In this document: positions 1-10,132 of the stretch, piece after piece
How the letters are laid out: every line of letters begins with the position of its first letter
How positions within the stretch are numbered: position 1 is the stretch's first letter
DNA from: an uncultured virus (IMG/VR IMGVR_UViG_3300046530_000052)
Taxonomy: Duplodnaviria > Heunggongvirae > Uroviricota > Caudoviricetes
DNA: 64,000 nucleotides
Reading direction: 5' to 3' (one strand)
IMG/VR virus record: IMGVR_UViG_3300046530_000052
Span: 62,001 to 126,000 of that record
Notes under the pieces: model-generated
Seen by the model: the letters and a program-made list of their open reading frames with translations, nothing else
Database searches by the model: none
What the model was told of the DNA's origin: nothing
Made by a program: the position numbers and the translations under genes

Positions 1-239
1 TAACCAGCTTGTTCAACGATTACGAGGGAGAACTTAACTACCCCTTTGGGAAGGAACATCTTACTGAGGTCCCATACGGCACCATTGGTACCGAAGCTCA
101 AGCCCTTACTGAAATCCTTTTTGCGGATCTTGGTTCGGACAGTTTCGACGACGTGGTGATTAGTAACACGCCTGGGGTTGTAACGTGGTATAAGGAGAAT
201 CCCATCATGTTCCCCTTGGTACTCATCAAAGTAATTTGA
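1..239 (+). CDS. hypothetical protein, 5'-truncated by the window edge
   Basis: Frame is open from position 3 to TGA at 237-239; the stop overlaps the RBS region of the next gene. Confidence 0.6.
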   Translation, partial: TSLFNDYEGELNYPFGKEHLTEVPYGTIGTEAQALTEILFADLGSDSFDDVVISNTPGVVTWYKENPIMFPLVLIKVI

Positions 240-250
240 AGGGGGTAGTA

Positions 251-664
251 ATGATCAAACCATTAATGAACGACATCGTTGATTTCAAGTACGTGCAGTC
301 TGGGATCATTGGCGACGAAGAACGGGGCTGCGTGATCATCGGTCCCGAGCTGAACTTCCAGGCTGCGCGCTTGATTGCTCCAGAAATTGTGGTCAAGCAC
401 GCCAACATGTTCCCGTACTTCGGGGATAAGGTTAACCAGAACAACGACCCAGGCGCTTACAACTACTTCCTGATTCGTCGTCCTAATGACTCGGTTGAAG
501 TCATCGGCTACCCTTGGGTGAACGAAGATACGTTCAAGACTGTCTCTGGTCGAGTGCGGATCTACAACCTCAGCAACTTCAGCGAGAAGATGGCGGGTCC
601 TATCGCTAAGCTGTTTGCTGACTTGGGAATCTCCTACACTCAGAACGATGTCGACACCCAGTGA
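251..664 (+). CDS. conserved jumbo-phage hypothetical protein upstream of the DNA polymerase
   Basis: ORF 236..664; ATG at 251 follows AAGGGGG; phage-typical codon use; followed by a terminator. Confidence 0.75.
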   Translation: MIKPLMNDIVDFKYVQSGIIGDEERGCVIIGPELNFQAARLIAPEIVVKHANMFPYFGDKVNQNNDPGAYNYFLIRRPNDSVEVIGYPWVNEDTFKTVSGRVRIYNLSNFSEKMAGPIAKLFADLGISYTQNDVDTQ

Positions 665-677
665 AAGTTTTCAAAAA

Positions 678-721
678 CCACACCTCCTATTAGTTAGGGG
701 GTGTGGGTAACTTTTTTATTT
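678..721 (+). terminator. rho-independent terminator
   Basis: CCACACCTCCTA-loop-TAGGGGGTGTGG followed by a T-rich tract. Confidence 0.75.
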
Positions 722-771
722 GCCTCTTTATTTTTTCTTTAATCACTTAACACGCACGAGAGCATTGGACC

Positions 772-2877
772 ATGGGTGTACCTGCTAAAGTAGACGGTGG
801 TGTAACCATCGCTGTATCACCCTTCATGGACAAGAATTACGAAACCAACCGAAATTTCCTGAAACCTTACCACTATCAAGCCGCTAACTTCCTGTCGATC
901 GTTTACAACTACGATTACGACCATTTGCTAGAACTGATGCGGGTAGTGTTCGTACCTGCTGAGAATGGCTTTAAAGAAGCTAAGTTCAAGATCTTCAAGA
1001 AGAACAAACACGGTGACCGGGTCGTAGAAGTTGTATACACCCGTGAGTTCTTCAATTACGTTAGACAAAAGAATTACCACTTATCTCCGTCGCTGGTAGC
1101 GTATACCCATACCGACGAAGAACAGTCCGTTAACTCGATCGCAACTGAAACCTTCATTGACTTCCGTCGTTTCTACAAAGGTAAGTTACACGAAGCCAAA
1201 GAAGTAGGTGATTCCGAAGCGGCCAAAGCGTTCCACGAGATCCAGAACGCCTTGAAGATCTTCAACAACGCCCAGTCGGGTGCAATGTCGTCTTCGGGTA
1301 CTCCGCTATTCAACCACTCTGGTCATACCACTCTGACCAGTATCTGCCGTTCCCTGACTTCGACTGCAAACTTGATTAACGAACGATTGATTACCGGTAA
1401 CCGGTTACTGTTGTCGTACAACAAGACCATTGAAGGCTTCTTGGCTCAGTTGCAGTTCTCTGACCATCACCTCATTGAGGAAGTGATTAAAGAACACGGT
1501 ATGAAGTACGCGACTGTTGACCAAGTCATGGACATGGTTCGTCGTTGCGCTAACTACTACTTCAGCAGCAAGTCTAAGCTGGCGAAAATTCATCGTTTCG
1601 TTGAGTTGTTGACTGGTCTGGAACGTACCATCCTGCTGTGCGTGATGGACATTCGTGGTCTGTACACGACTAACCCGAAAGTCATGACCCAGTTCTTTGC
1701 TGAGTGGTGTGCGGTTCCTGAGATTCCAGAAGGCGCTGAGCCTGACGACTTCCTCAAGCCAACCAACGGGGACTACAAGATCCTCTGCTTGACCAAGCTG
1801 GGCCGTGACCCAAGCAAGTTGGCAATGAACCACCTGAACCAGTACCACGTGAGTTTGGAAGCCAAGTGGTCCAAGTTCATCATGGCATTCTTCCGTTCTC
1901 GTATCCCACCGACTGGGATTTACGATGTAAAAGAGATCGTTCGTGAAAGCGTAATGACCTCCGACACTGACTCCGTGATCTACAGTGTTGACATGGTAAT
2001 TGAGAACTTCGCTAAGGACGAAGAAACCGAGATTCGTTTCAATGGCGTATTGACGTACTTCATCCGTTGCATTGCTGTAGACCAACACGCCAAGCTCAGC
2101 GTTAACATGAACGTGGCGAAGAAGTTCCAGCATCGTCTGCACATGAAGAATGAGTTCCTGTATACAGCCTACTTCACAACCAACATGTCTAAGCACTACT
2201 TCATGCTGGAGCTGATGTGTGAAGGGGTAATGTACGAAGCGGCTAAGCTGGAGAAGAAAGGGGTTCACTTGAAGGGCGTGAAGATCGCGGAACTGGTCCG
2301 TAACTTTACGGGTAAAGTGATGAGACAAGCACTTGATACGTTGTACAACAAAGAGAAGTTGTGCGCAGCGACCCTGCTTAAAGAAGTAGCTGACATTGAA
2401 CGAGCGTTGATCGACAATATCAGTAATGGCGGATGGTTGTGGTTGCGGAAGGATAACATCAAGCATGAATCGGTGTACGCCAATCCGGACTCGAGTATCT
2501 ACTACTACCACAAGATGTGGAAAAACCTACTGGAGCCTAAATACGGCGAAGCTCCACAACTGCCGTACAAAGCTTATAAAGTAAACCTGGCTCTCGATGG
2601 CAAGAAGAAGATGGCAACCTTCATTGACAGTATCGAGGATGAGAACTTTAAAGCGATGGCTCAGTCCTTCTTTAAAGATCGTGATGGTCTGACGTCTCTG
2701 TACGTCCCAACAGACATGATCGAAGGTATTGGGGGGATTCCTAAAGAGTTCTTGCCGTTTGTAGACATTCGGCAGGTTATCCAACAAAACTTGAAGTCGG
2801 TGTATGCAATCTTGGAATCGTTTGGGTTATTCATTCTGAACGCCAAGACCACTCGCTTGGTTTCTGACGAGCATTAA
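772..2877 (+). CDS. family B DNA polymerase, fingers/palm/thumb half (phiKZ gp50-like split polymerase)
   Basis: Motif B QNALKIFNNAQSG, motif C SDTDS and a KHY...KGV region; no exonuclease motifs or motif A, which lie in 35200..37020. Confidence 0.88.
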   Translation: MGVPAKVDGGVTIAVSPFMDKNYETNRNFLKPYHYQAANFLSIVYNYDYDHLLELMRVVFVPAENGFKEAKFKIFKKNKHGDRVVEVVYTREFFNYVRQKNYHLSPSLVAYTHTDEEQSVNSIATETFIDFRRFYKGKLHEAKEVGDSEAAKAFHEIQNALKIFNNAQSGAMSSSGTPLFNHSGHTTLTSICRSLTSTANLINERLITGNRLLLSYNKTIEGFLAQLQFSDHHLIEEVIKEHGMKYATVDQVMDMVRRCANYYFSSKSKLAKIHRFVELLTGLERTILLCVMDIRGLYTTNPKVMTQFFAEWCAVPEIPEGAEPDDFLKPTNGDYKILCLTKLGRDPSKLAMNHLNQYHVSLEAKWSKFIMAFFRSRIPPTGIYDVKEIVRESVMTSDTDSVIYSVDMVIENFAKDEETEIRFNGVLTYFIRCIAVDQHAKLSVNMNVAKKFQHRLHMKNEFLYTAYFTTNMSKHYFMLELMCEGVMYEAAKLEKKGVHLKGVKIAELVRNFTGKVMRQALDTLYNKEKLCAATLLKEVADIERALIDNISNGGWLWLRKDNIKHESVYANPDSSIYYYHKMWKNLLEPKYGEAPQLPYKAYKVNLALDGKKKMATFIDSIEDENFKAMAQSFFKDRDGLTSLYVPTDMIEGIGGIPKEFLPFVDIRQVIQQNLKSVYAILESFGLFILNAKTTRLVSDEH

Positions 2878-2880
2878 TTA

Positions 2881-3207
2881 ATGATAAACCGTAAGAAGTC
2901 TATCTGCAATAACGAGGAAACCGGAGTCCGTTTGTACTGGCACCGGGAGGCCATGGTTTACTTCGGGGCAACAGGTCGAGGGATAGAACATTTCATCCCC
3001 GGCCTTGAGAGTTATTACGAGGACCATATGACTGTGCTAGAGGATGTGGTTATTCAGACAGCCTTCGATTTCACTGAATACCAGATCTTCCCAACTTGCC
3101 CAAGTACAGTAGAGGGTATCCTTAAACTGCTTGAATCCACTAGCTTGGTTACTCCTACCCTCCGGGTTAGTCTCCCTTTCTTTAAAGCGGCCTACGGGAT
3201 GAAGTAA
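2881..3207 (+). CDS. hypothetical protein
   Basis: 108-aa ORF starting 3 nt after the polymerase stop. Confidence 0.6.
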   Translation: MINRKKSICNNEETGVRLYWHREAMVYFGATGRGIEHFIPGLESYYEDHMTVLEDVVIQTAFDFTEYQIFPTCPSTVEGILKLLESTSLVTPTLRVSLPFFKAAYGMK

Positions 3208-3247
3208 TAAATAGATTCAACAATCGAACATTAAGCAAAGGTGTGCC

Positions 3248-3865
3248 ATGGACGAAAGAAAGATTACACCGCACAGAACCTTGGGCATGATCCCTGGACT
3301 TAAGCCGCCTGAAGGGGCCGTTGAGCCGTCTGAGGTGTTCAGCAGACTCCCGACTACAAAAGAATTGCATACCAGTGTGAAGGGGTGGATTGAACAACGC
3401 TCCCAAGCATTCGATGGACTAAAGGAGACCATGGTTAGCACTGCCACTAGTGCTAACTCTCTCCAAAAATTCACCCTCACTGACCAAGAGTGTCAGGAGT
3501 TCGAAGAGGTGGGCAAACTATTGAATAGGTTCAATAAGCGCGAGCTTAAACTACTGAACACGGACCGGGATGTTGCTTATTACGCGGCCATCTATGTCCA
3601 TAAAGAAACTGGACTAAAGATCGGGATGAGTAATGATCAGCACGTCCTGCATCGTACCTGTGTTGAGGTACCCAAACCTAGTACTCTGAATGTATTGAAA
3701 CACGTTTGGGTGGAAGCGTGGTACAGCGGTGAAAGCTGCGAGTACTACGTTGATAATGCTGACGACCTCCGGCGACTCATGAGTATTTTGAATGAGACCG
3801 AAAGCACCGACGTCAGACTGGTTGCCTCCGAAGAATTTATCAGGACTGCCTGGCTTAAGTTATAG
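3248..3865 (+). CDS. hypothetical protein
   Basis: 205-aa ORF with AAGGTG upstream of the ATG. Confidence 0.7.
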   Translation: MDERKITPHRTLGMIPGLKPPEGAVEPSEVFSRLPTTKELHTSVKGWIEQRSQAFDGLKETMVSTATSANSLQKFTLTDQECQEFEEVGKLLNRFNKRELKLLNTDRDVAYYAAIYVHKETGLKIGMSNDQHVLHRTCVEVPKPSTLNVLKHVWVEAWYSGESCEYYVDNADDLRRLMSILNETESTDVRLVASEEFIRTAWLKL

Positions 3866-3870
3866 GGAAC

Positions 3871-3886
3871 TTTAAGCCTATATCAC
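3871..3886 (+). promoter_or_regulatory. putative early (virion RNAP) promoter
   Basis: TTTAAGCCTATATCAC matches a motif found six times in intergenic positions and resembles the phiKZ early promoter TATATTAC. Confidence 0.65.
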
Positions 3887-3930
3887 TTGGGTACTAAGAC
3901 TTATCATCTTGTTACTCTTGGAGATTGTTC

Positions 3931-4257
3931 ATGGCTAAAGTAGTTTATCTTCGTCCTAACGACATGCTCCTCGGCGTAAAGGGTCATTACGCGGAAGCTA
4001 ACGTTCACTTAGAGGAATGTCGGCGTCTGAATAAAGAGGTTGATCTTCTATCACAAGAACTCAGCCGTCTTCATGACGAGGAACATGCGGTGGTGATGCA
4101 AGGGGTCATAGCTTACCTAGACTCCGATGCAGAGCAGGTCTTTGCCCAACGACGCCAAGAGGTGTTCGAAAGGAAAGCCCAACTCATCGAGGAGAGCCAG
4201 CAAGCCCTGGACAAAGGGTCGGCTAAGCTCAAATGGATCAAAGAAACATTTGGCTGA
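3931..4257 (+). CDS. small coiled-coil early protein
   Basis: GGAG RBS before ATG 3931; helical E/Q/K-rich sequence; lies between an early promoter and a hairpin. Confidence 0.7.
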   Translation: MAKVVYLRPNDMLLGVKGHYAEANVHLEECRRLNKEVDLLSQELSRLHDEEHAVVMQGVIAYLDSDAEQVFAQRRQEVFERKAQLIEESQQALDKGSAKLKWIKETFG

Positions 4258-4263
4258 ATAATA

Positions 4264-4289
4264 GCAGAGTGGGCTTGCGCCCACTCTGC
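4264..4289. terminator. hairpin between convergent genes (likely bidirectional terminator)
   Basis: GCAGAGTGGGC-TTGC-GCCCACTCTGC, perfect 11-bp stem. Confidence 0.7.
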
Positions 4290-4303
4290 CTTATCTATAC
4301 TCT

Positions 4304-5413
4304 TTATTTTTTGCCCAAGTTTTCTTCGTTCAACTCGAATACCAGTTCCGCCAGCTCATAGAACCAACCTTTGAAGTAGGCTTCAGGAACCCGATCCAAG
4401 TTCTGGATACGCAAGTGGTGAGTGCGAGCAATCATGGTGTTGACGTCACCAGCCTTATACCCACCTTCATTGCAGTAGCTCAGGTAGATAGCCAACAGCT
4501 TCAGAATTGCCGGTTCCCAAATCCACATGGTCTGGGCGAAGATGGCATTGTTACCAGCCCTGACGTAGTTGAAGAAGGGTTGCGAGTAGATGCTGGGGAT
4601 GGCCTTCAGGAAGTGATCGAAGTTAACCAGACGACGATTCTTGTAGTAGCCTACCAAGTGACGGATCAGCTCGCCGTAGAACCGCTGGTCGTTAGCAAGG
4701 GTGAACCGTACCTTATCCGTCGTAATTAATTCTTCACAGGAGACACCATTTATAACGTGCTCATACAACACGTTGATGACACTCAGCTGGTTATGCATCA
4801 GCTGGGCATAGACGAAAGGATACTGAGCGATGTAGGCTCCAGGTCCTGTGTCGCGTTCCCGATTAAGTTTTTGGTAACCCCACCATCCTACTGCCAGCTC
4901 TACGAGATCCACACCCATGACTGCCAAGTCGCCAACAGACGACAAGAGGTAGTTAACCGGTTTGGTCACGTTGTGCTTGTAGCCGTTGGAGGTAATAGTG
5001 GAACACAGAGGGACCACAGGTCTCAACTGGTCCAAGTCCAAGGTCGCTTCATCGTAAACCTTGGTGTTGTCAATCAAGCACCAGTGCTCTCGAGTGTTGT
5101 TTCTGTAGAACCCGTCACTGATTGCTTGACCCACTCTGTTCGGAGAAGTAATCTTGAACTGAGTACATAATGAATATGCTCGTAGCCGAGTGTAATCAAC
5201 AACGTACTTCAAGCTCCAGTCTTTATCGATGCTGAGCTGTTGCAGAATCCCTACCAAGATGTGTTCGTTCTCAACGTTAAAAGGTTGATCAGCGGTCCAC
5301 TCAAGGAAGGCGTTTCTGTTGAAGTCTGTTTGTCGACGCATATTGTCGACTTCTGGGAATCGGAGTATTGGGTAGCGTGTTCTGGACGATGCAGGAAACG
5401 ATAAGGTTCTCAT
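4304..5413 (-). CDS. conserved chimallivirus protein (phiKZ gp52-like by synteny)
   Basis: 369-aa ORF divergent from chimallin, in the position recalled for phiKZ-like phages. Confidence 0.7.
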   Translation of the reverse strand: MRTLSFPASSRTRYPILRFPEVDNMRRQTDFNRNAFLEWTADQPFNVENEHILVGILQQLSIDKDWSLKYVVDYTRLRAYSLCTQFKITSPNRVGQAISDGFYRNNTREHWCLIDNTKVYDEATLDLDQLRPVVPLCSTITSNGYKHNVTKPVNYLLSSVGDLAVMGVDLVELAVGWWGYQKLNRERDTGPGAYIAQYPFVYAQLMHNQLSVINVLYEHVINGVSCEELITTDKVRFTLANDQRFYGELIRHLVGYYKNRRLVNFDHFLKAIPSIYSQPFFNYVRAGNNAIFAQTMWIWEPAILKLLAIYLSYCNEGGYKAGDVNTMIARTHHLRIQNLDRVPEAYFKGWFYELAELVFELNEENLGKK

Positions 5414-5572
5414 AACTAGTTATTTCCGTTTGTCGTTCTATTCTATACACACACTAATATTCCGGGCGAGATCCCGGAAAGTCCAGAGTGCGTTTAGTAA
5501 ATTTGGGCTAATGATTTAAAGCTGCTATAGCATTCCCGTCGGTTGGAGTGGAAAGTTACAGTAGCTAAATAA

Positions 5573-5589
5573 TTTGAGGCCTATATTAC
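5573..5589 (+). promoter_or_regulatory. early promoter of chimallin
   Basis: TTTGAGGCCTATATTAC contains an exact TATATTAC, about 95 nt upstream of the start codon. Confidence 0.75.
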
Positions 5590-5682
5590 TAGTACGAATC
5601 GAAGATATAAATGTGTGTAGGCATACACTGTGCGATTCTGCTAACAGTCACCCTTTCTTAAGAAAAGATGGAGTTATACCTT

Positions 5683-7668
5683 ATGGCCGTTCAACAAAAC
5701 CGCAAAGGCGCGGGCAGCAATTCCTGGGATGGTAAAAATGGCAACGCCGCAGAGTTCTCCGCTCTGTCGGAACTCTTCCATACCCCTTCCATGTCGTCCG
5801 ACAACCGCCAGTTGCCGGAAGTTGATGAGGTGATCGAGATCCTCAAGAAGGGCTACACTGCGATGAGTGAATCCACCATCCAGCCTGCCCAACGCGCAAT
5901 CATCCCGACTGTCGACAAAGTGTCGCCTGTCATCAGCTCCACCCTGCCGGGTCTGGTAATGCACCGCCTGGTCGGCCAGAGCGTCTGGGTCATGCTGGTA
6001 CTGTTCTCCAACAAGGACAACGCCATCGCGACCGAAACCGTTCAAGTGCTTCAGCCTATGGGCATGCCGCACAAGACCTCGGTCCTGCTGACCCCGACCA
6101 ACTACTTCACCCACGAGCTGGTCGACAACCTGAAGAAGCACTTCAAGGGCGTCCTGGAAAACGAAGGCCTGAAAGGCGAAGTCGAGATCATCAACCTGAT
6201 GACCGAAGACTTGGAAATGCTGCAACACTCCCAGGCCGGTGAGCCGAAAGAGCGTCCACAGCGCATCGCCAACTACCTGAAAGGCGAGTGGGAAACCGCG
6301 GTGTTCTGCAAACTGTCCTCGGAGTATCCGAAGCACAAGCAGACTCTGCCTTCGCCGTTCAAAGATCCTGATGCACCGTACGGCAAAGACGGCTGGGCCG
6401 AAGCACGCGTTACCGCAATCGACGGCAAGGTCTCCCGCGCCGGCACGCTGATGCCGTCCAACATGGAACTGGTGATTTCGACCACCAACAACCCGAACAG
6501 CAGCAACAACAACCAGAACAACCCGAACTCGAAAGGGATCGTGCGCGCTCTGGCTACTGTTCAGTTGTCGGCCATCAGTTACCAAATGCACATGCAGAAC
6601 ATCGCGGCCATCTCGCAGGCCGGCGGTCAAGCCGATGCTATCCAGGCGTTCCTGGGCATCAACGGCGGCATGTACATGAACGGCTACCGTCCGCTGCACC
6701 CGGTCATCACTCTCGACCACGCCAACGCGGAAGAGATGATGAACTACAACAACGGCCTGTTCCCGCACTACTACGCGCTGTTCGCGCTGATGTGCACCAA
6801 CACCGACTACATCTTCACTGAACCACTGCGTCGCGCCAACGTCGGCTCCCGGGGCAACCTGAGCTCCTTCGAACCGCGCATCGAACAGCTGGTTGCTCAG
6901 GCGTTCACCGGTGTTCGTCCAGTAATGGACGACAAGACCATCCTGGACACCGAAGCAGTCAACAAGTGGATCCACCAGAACATCTCGCCGAACGCTCTGT
7001 TCCGCAGCAACGTGATCCTGGGCGGCCTGTCGTCCCCGGTGAACAAGCACCTGGAAGTTCTGTCGGATCCGGTCCTGGCCAACCGTCAGTCGGCGGTACA
7101 AACCATGATCGCGGTAATGGACGCAATCTCCAAAGGTCGTTTCTCGCAGATCGTTGCGGAAAACGTCAAGTCTGGCAAAGGCTGGAAGCCAGGCGATGTT
7201 GCGCTGCACCGCACGAAGATGATCGCGGTGAACGGTCTCGCGAAGAACCCACAAGGTCGCGAGCTGAACACCCTGGAAGTCGACGAAATGTACCTCGGTA
7301 CTCACAAAGGTAAGGCTGGGCTGCAACAGTCCATGAACTACCTGAGCGTGCTGTACGGCACCAACAACGAAGAAGTTCGTTCGCGTTGCCAGAAGCTGCG
7401 TATCGAAATGACCACCGGTCTGTTCGATGGTCACGTGCACATCAACAACTTCGGTTACTCCTGCGTCTGGGATCCGCATCTGATGGCTGTTATCGGTGCC
7501 GCTCTGTCGGAAATCGGTACGCTGAACGTTGCGAACACCTACAGCTCGATGCGTCCGAACAACATGGCGTTCATGCCAATGGCTGGTCTGCAAACCGTTA
7601 CGTCGGTCGGCAACAGCAACAACATGAACCTCCTGGGTGGTTTCGGTAACGGCGGGATCTGGGGCTAA
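5683..7668 (+). CDS. chmA: chimallin, phage nuclear shell protein (phiKZ gp54-like)
   Basis: About 661 aa, directly upstream of nvRNAP beta'-N; own early promoter and terminator; strongly biased codons typical of high expression; low-complexity termini; GGAG RBS favours ATG 5683 over 5668. Assignment is by synteny and size. Confidence 0.82.
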   Translation: MAVQQNRKGAGSNSWDGKNGNAAEFSALSELFHTPSMSSDNRQLPEVDEVIEILKKGYTAMSESTIQPAQRAIIPTVDKVSPVISSTLPGLVMHRLVGQSVWVMLVLFSNKDNAIATETVQVLQPMGMPHKTSVLLTPTNYFTHELVDNLKKHFKGVLENEGLKGEVEIINLMTEDLEMLQHSQAGEPKERPQRIANYLKGEWETAVFCKLSSEYPKHKQTLPSPFKDPDAPYGKDGWAEARVTAIDGKVSRAGTLMPSNMELVISTTNNPNSSNNNQNNPNSKGIVRALATVQLSAISYQMHMQNIAAISQAGGQADAIQAFLGINGGMYMNGYRPLHPVITLDHANAEEMMNYNNGLFPHYYALFALMCTNTDYIFTEPLRRANVGSRGNLSSFEPRIEQLVAQAFTGVRPVMDDKTILDTEAVNKWIHQNISPNALFRSNVILGGLSSPVNKHLEVLSDPVLANRQSAVQTMIAVMDAISKGRFSQIVAENVKSGKGWKPGDVALHRTKMIAVNGLAKNPQGRELNTLEVDEMYLGTHKGKAGLQQSMNYLSVLYGTNNEEVRSRCQKLRIEMTTGLFDGHVHINNFGYSCVWDPHLMAVIGAALSEIGTLNVANTYSSMRPNNMAFMPMAGLQTVTSVGNSNNMNLLGGFGNGGIWG

Positions 7669-7692
7669 GCAGTACTGCTGTAATTGAGTAGT

Positions 7693-7735
7693 GGGTTAGG
7701 GGGCTTCGGTCCCCTAACCCCTATTCTTCTTTTTT
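7693..7735 (+). terminator. rho-independent terminator after chimallin
   Basis: GGGTTAGGGGGC-TTCG-GTCCCCTAACCC followed by a T tract. Confidence 0.85.
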
Positions 7736-7755
7736 AAATTTCAGGAGTTAGCTTT

Positions 7756-9411
7756 ATGTTTGTACCCAACTTAACTCCCAGTAATGAACTAGCGATCAAG
7801 ATGCTGACGCGGTTCAGTGAAGAGAACCTGGATCCCATGCCATGGTTCGCGCGGTTCGCCAGTAACTTGACCTCGTCGCTGGAAGATGATCCGCAATTCT
7901 CTAAACCGTTGTATCCGGATTTCCCTGACTATAACCACATGCACGATACCAGCCGGTTGAAGCATGTGTACCTGAACGAATTCGACTTCAACTTGGAAGA
8001 AGATCGTGAACGGTTGGCACGGATTACCCGGATGGAGTTCGAAGAGAACTCTTTTGAAACAGTCGCGAAGTGTCAGTACGGTTGTACGAAAGGTAACTAC
8101 CTGCTTAATAGTGGACGGGTCTGTAAGAAGTGTGGTACTCCGGTAGAGATCTTCCTGAACGAGGGTGAAGACACTCGCGTATGGTTGAAATGTCCGGAGG
8201 GAGTGGAGAAGTTTATCAACATCGGCTTCTTTACTACGTTCTTCAACAACATTTTGATTGCTAACCCCAGTCCTTCTATTTCGGTACCTCGGTTCTTTGT
8301 TGATCCGGTTTACCGCGCCGAGCAAAAGAAGAAACGTAACGGTTCCAACATTGCGTTGAACCAACTGCTGCAAGATCTAAAGATTACCCAGATTAACCTG
8401 AACACGTTTTACCAGAACTGCGATGCGATCATGGAATACATTCTGGTCGGCAAGGGGGCGCGTTACTCCAAGCTGAAGAAGGATGGTCCTGAAGCGCTGG
8501 CCATGTACTACAAGTTCAAAGATATTGCGTTCTGCGATTACATCAAGGTTCCAGCTCGTTACTGTGTGGTACTGGAGAAGACCGGGAAAGAAGTACTGAG
8601 CTACAAGCACCACCCGGAGACAGCTAAGCTCTACCACGCCATTGCAGATACCGCGAAAAGTAACTCATTGGTGAAGTTGGGTCAGAAAGACCTGTTGAAG
8701 AACATTGATATCACCGGTAAGAACTTGGTAGCGCTGAGCGACCAATATCGTGAGACCAATAACCCTAAAGGTATCTTCAACAAGCCAGGGATCAACCGTA
8801 AGCACGTTTGTGCGGGTCCAGTCCCTGTAACCGGCAGATCGGTTATTACGTCTCAAACAGGCATCATCAACGCTGATGAGATCATGGTGCCTTGGAAGCT
8901 CATGAATCAGATGTACGAAACACCGATCCTGAGTTTCCTGTATCGCAAAGGCTACAGCCCAGTTAAAGCAAAACTGCTTCACCGCAGAGCGTCGTATGAG
9001 ATTGTACCGGAGATCGATGAGTTCTTCCGTGATGCGGAAGAGGGTCGCAAGATGGTTATGCTTGCGGGTCGTAACCCTTCGATTGAATATTTGAGTCGTA
9101 AAGCGTTCTTCCCACGTGTTAACCGAGACCTGACAGATGAAAGCGTCAAGATCCCGATTACTGGTACACGGGAATTTAACGCTGACTTTGACGGGGATCA
9201 GATGTATTTGATCGGGCTCATTGATAACGAGTCCAAGGCGAAGGCATACGGAGCGTGGGGTCACCATCAGGTACTCGATCGAAACGTGCCTTTTAAAGTC
9301 AGTCGTTATGCTGGACAAACGGTTACAACACAGATGAACCTTAACACTATGTTGATGCAAACACCGTTGATGACCAGTCTGCCGGAGGGTCAGAACTTTG
9401 AACAGCGCTGA
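7756..9411 (+). CDS. non-virion RNA polymerase beta' N-terminal/catalytic subunit (phiKZ gp55-56.1-like)
   Basis: Zn-finger CQYGC...CKKC, GRSVI, GRNPS and catalytic FNADFDGDQ in one uninterrupted ORF. Confidence 0.92.
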   Translation: MFVPNLTPSNELAIKMLTRFSEENLDPMPWFARFASNLTSSLEDDPQFSKPLYPDFPDYNHMHDTSRLKHVYLNEFDFNLEEDRERLARITRMEFEENSFETVAKCQYGCTKGNYLLNSGRVCKKCGTPVEIFLNEGEDTRVWLKCPEGVEKFINIGFFTTFFNNILIANPSPSISVPRFFVDPVYRAEQKKKRNGSNIALNQLLQDLKITQINLNTFYQNCDAIMEYILVGKGARYSKLKKDGPEALAMYYKFKDIAFCDYIKVPARYCVVLEKTGKEVLSYKHHPETAKLYHAIADTAKSNSLVKLGQKDLLKNIDITGKNLVALSDQYRETNNPKGIFNKPGINRKHVCAGPVPVTGRSVITSQTGIINADEIMVPWKLMNQMYETPILSFLYRKGYSPVKAKLLHRRASYEIVPEIDEFFRDAEEGRKMVMLAGRNPSIEYLSRKAFFPRVNRDLTDESVKIPITGTREFNADFDGDQMYLIGLIDNESKAKAYGAWGHHQVLDRNVPFKVSRYAGQTVTTQMNLNTMLMQTPLMTSLPEGQNFEQR

Positions 9412-10036
9412 TGCTTTTAGCTTCTCCATCTCGGGTAGTCATACCGAGAGCTCGATTAACCGTTACGCGGACTATCTGAACCGCGCCAACAGCGCGTTGA
9501 ATCGGTTCGGTGGTTGGTTAGGTGATCAAGCAGCGAAGAACATGGAGTCGTTTGATAACTTCCTCAGCTCCCGTGCTTGGGAAATGGGTAAGCGGCTCCT
9601 GAACAAAGAAGATGGTGAGTTTGTTGGTCGTTATTCGATCGGTTACTTGGGTAGCATGAATGCCCAGCAACAGGCAGACGGCTACATGCGTGACGTGATC
9701 ATGGCTAACCCTATTATCCAGCAGTTGTACATGGATGGTGAGGTTGATGGTTACGGCGGTGAGTTCAGTCACTTCGCTCGTGGCATCGGTGAGGAAAACT
9801 TGATCTGGCGTCGGATGTTCGACGGCGTGGTTAACTTGACCAAGCAGGATGAAGTGAATCACTTGAGTCGCGTGTCGTACAACGACTCGGCAGTTGGTAA
9901 GTACAGCTACCGGGATAAAGTTTACGCTCACAAGACGCACGCGGCAAGTAATCACCACATCGCTACAACTCAGTTCGACATCACGTCGAGCAATGGTAAC
10001 AAGCGAACGTCGTTCTTGGATCTGGTTGACGAGTAA
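9398..10036 (+). CDS. conserved chimallivirus protein (possibly phiKZ gp59/Imp3-like by synteny)
   Basis: 212 aa, TTG start with GGAGGG RBS overlapping the RNAP 3' end; identity from position only. Confidence 0.6.
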   Translation: MNSADAFSFSISGSHTESSINRYADYLNRANSALNRFGGWLGDQAAKNMESFDNFLSSRAWEMGKRLLNKEDGEFVGRYSIGYLGSMNAQQQADGYMRDVIMANPIIQQLYMDGEVDGYGGEFSHFARGIGEENLIWRRMFDGVVNLTKQDEVNHLSRVSYNDSAVGKYSYRDKVYAHKTHAASNHHIATTQFDITSSNGNKRTSFLDLVDE

Positions 10037-10047
10037 CTCCTAAAAAT

Positions 10048-10097
10048 ACAGGTGAGGGGTAACGCCCTCACTTGTTTACTCCCTTTTCTTTTTTCTC
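10048..10097 (+). terminator. rho-independent terminator
   Basis: ACAGGTGAGGG-loop-CCCTCACTTGT followed by a pyrimidine/T tract. Confidence 0.7.
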
Positions 10098-10132
10098 TTC
10101 TTATAGAGGGTTATTTTTATTGGGAGTTATTT

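Noticed and set aside
5674..7593. 639-aa antisense ORF spanning chimallin
   Set aside because: Mirror-frame shadow of strong codon bias (few TTA/CTA/TCA sense codons); no RBS; unnatural V/H/R-rich composition
10052..10132. Upstream extensions of ORFs at 10052, 32319, 51528 and 60305
   Set aside because: They run through terminators or leaders; downstream ATGs have better RBSs
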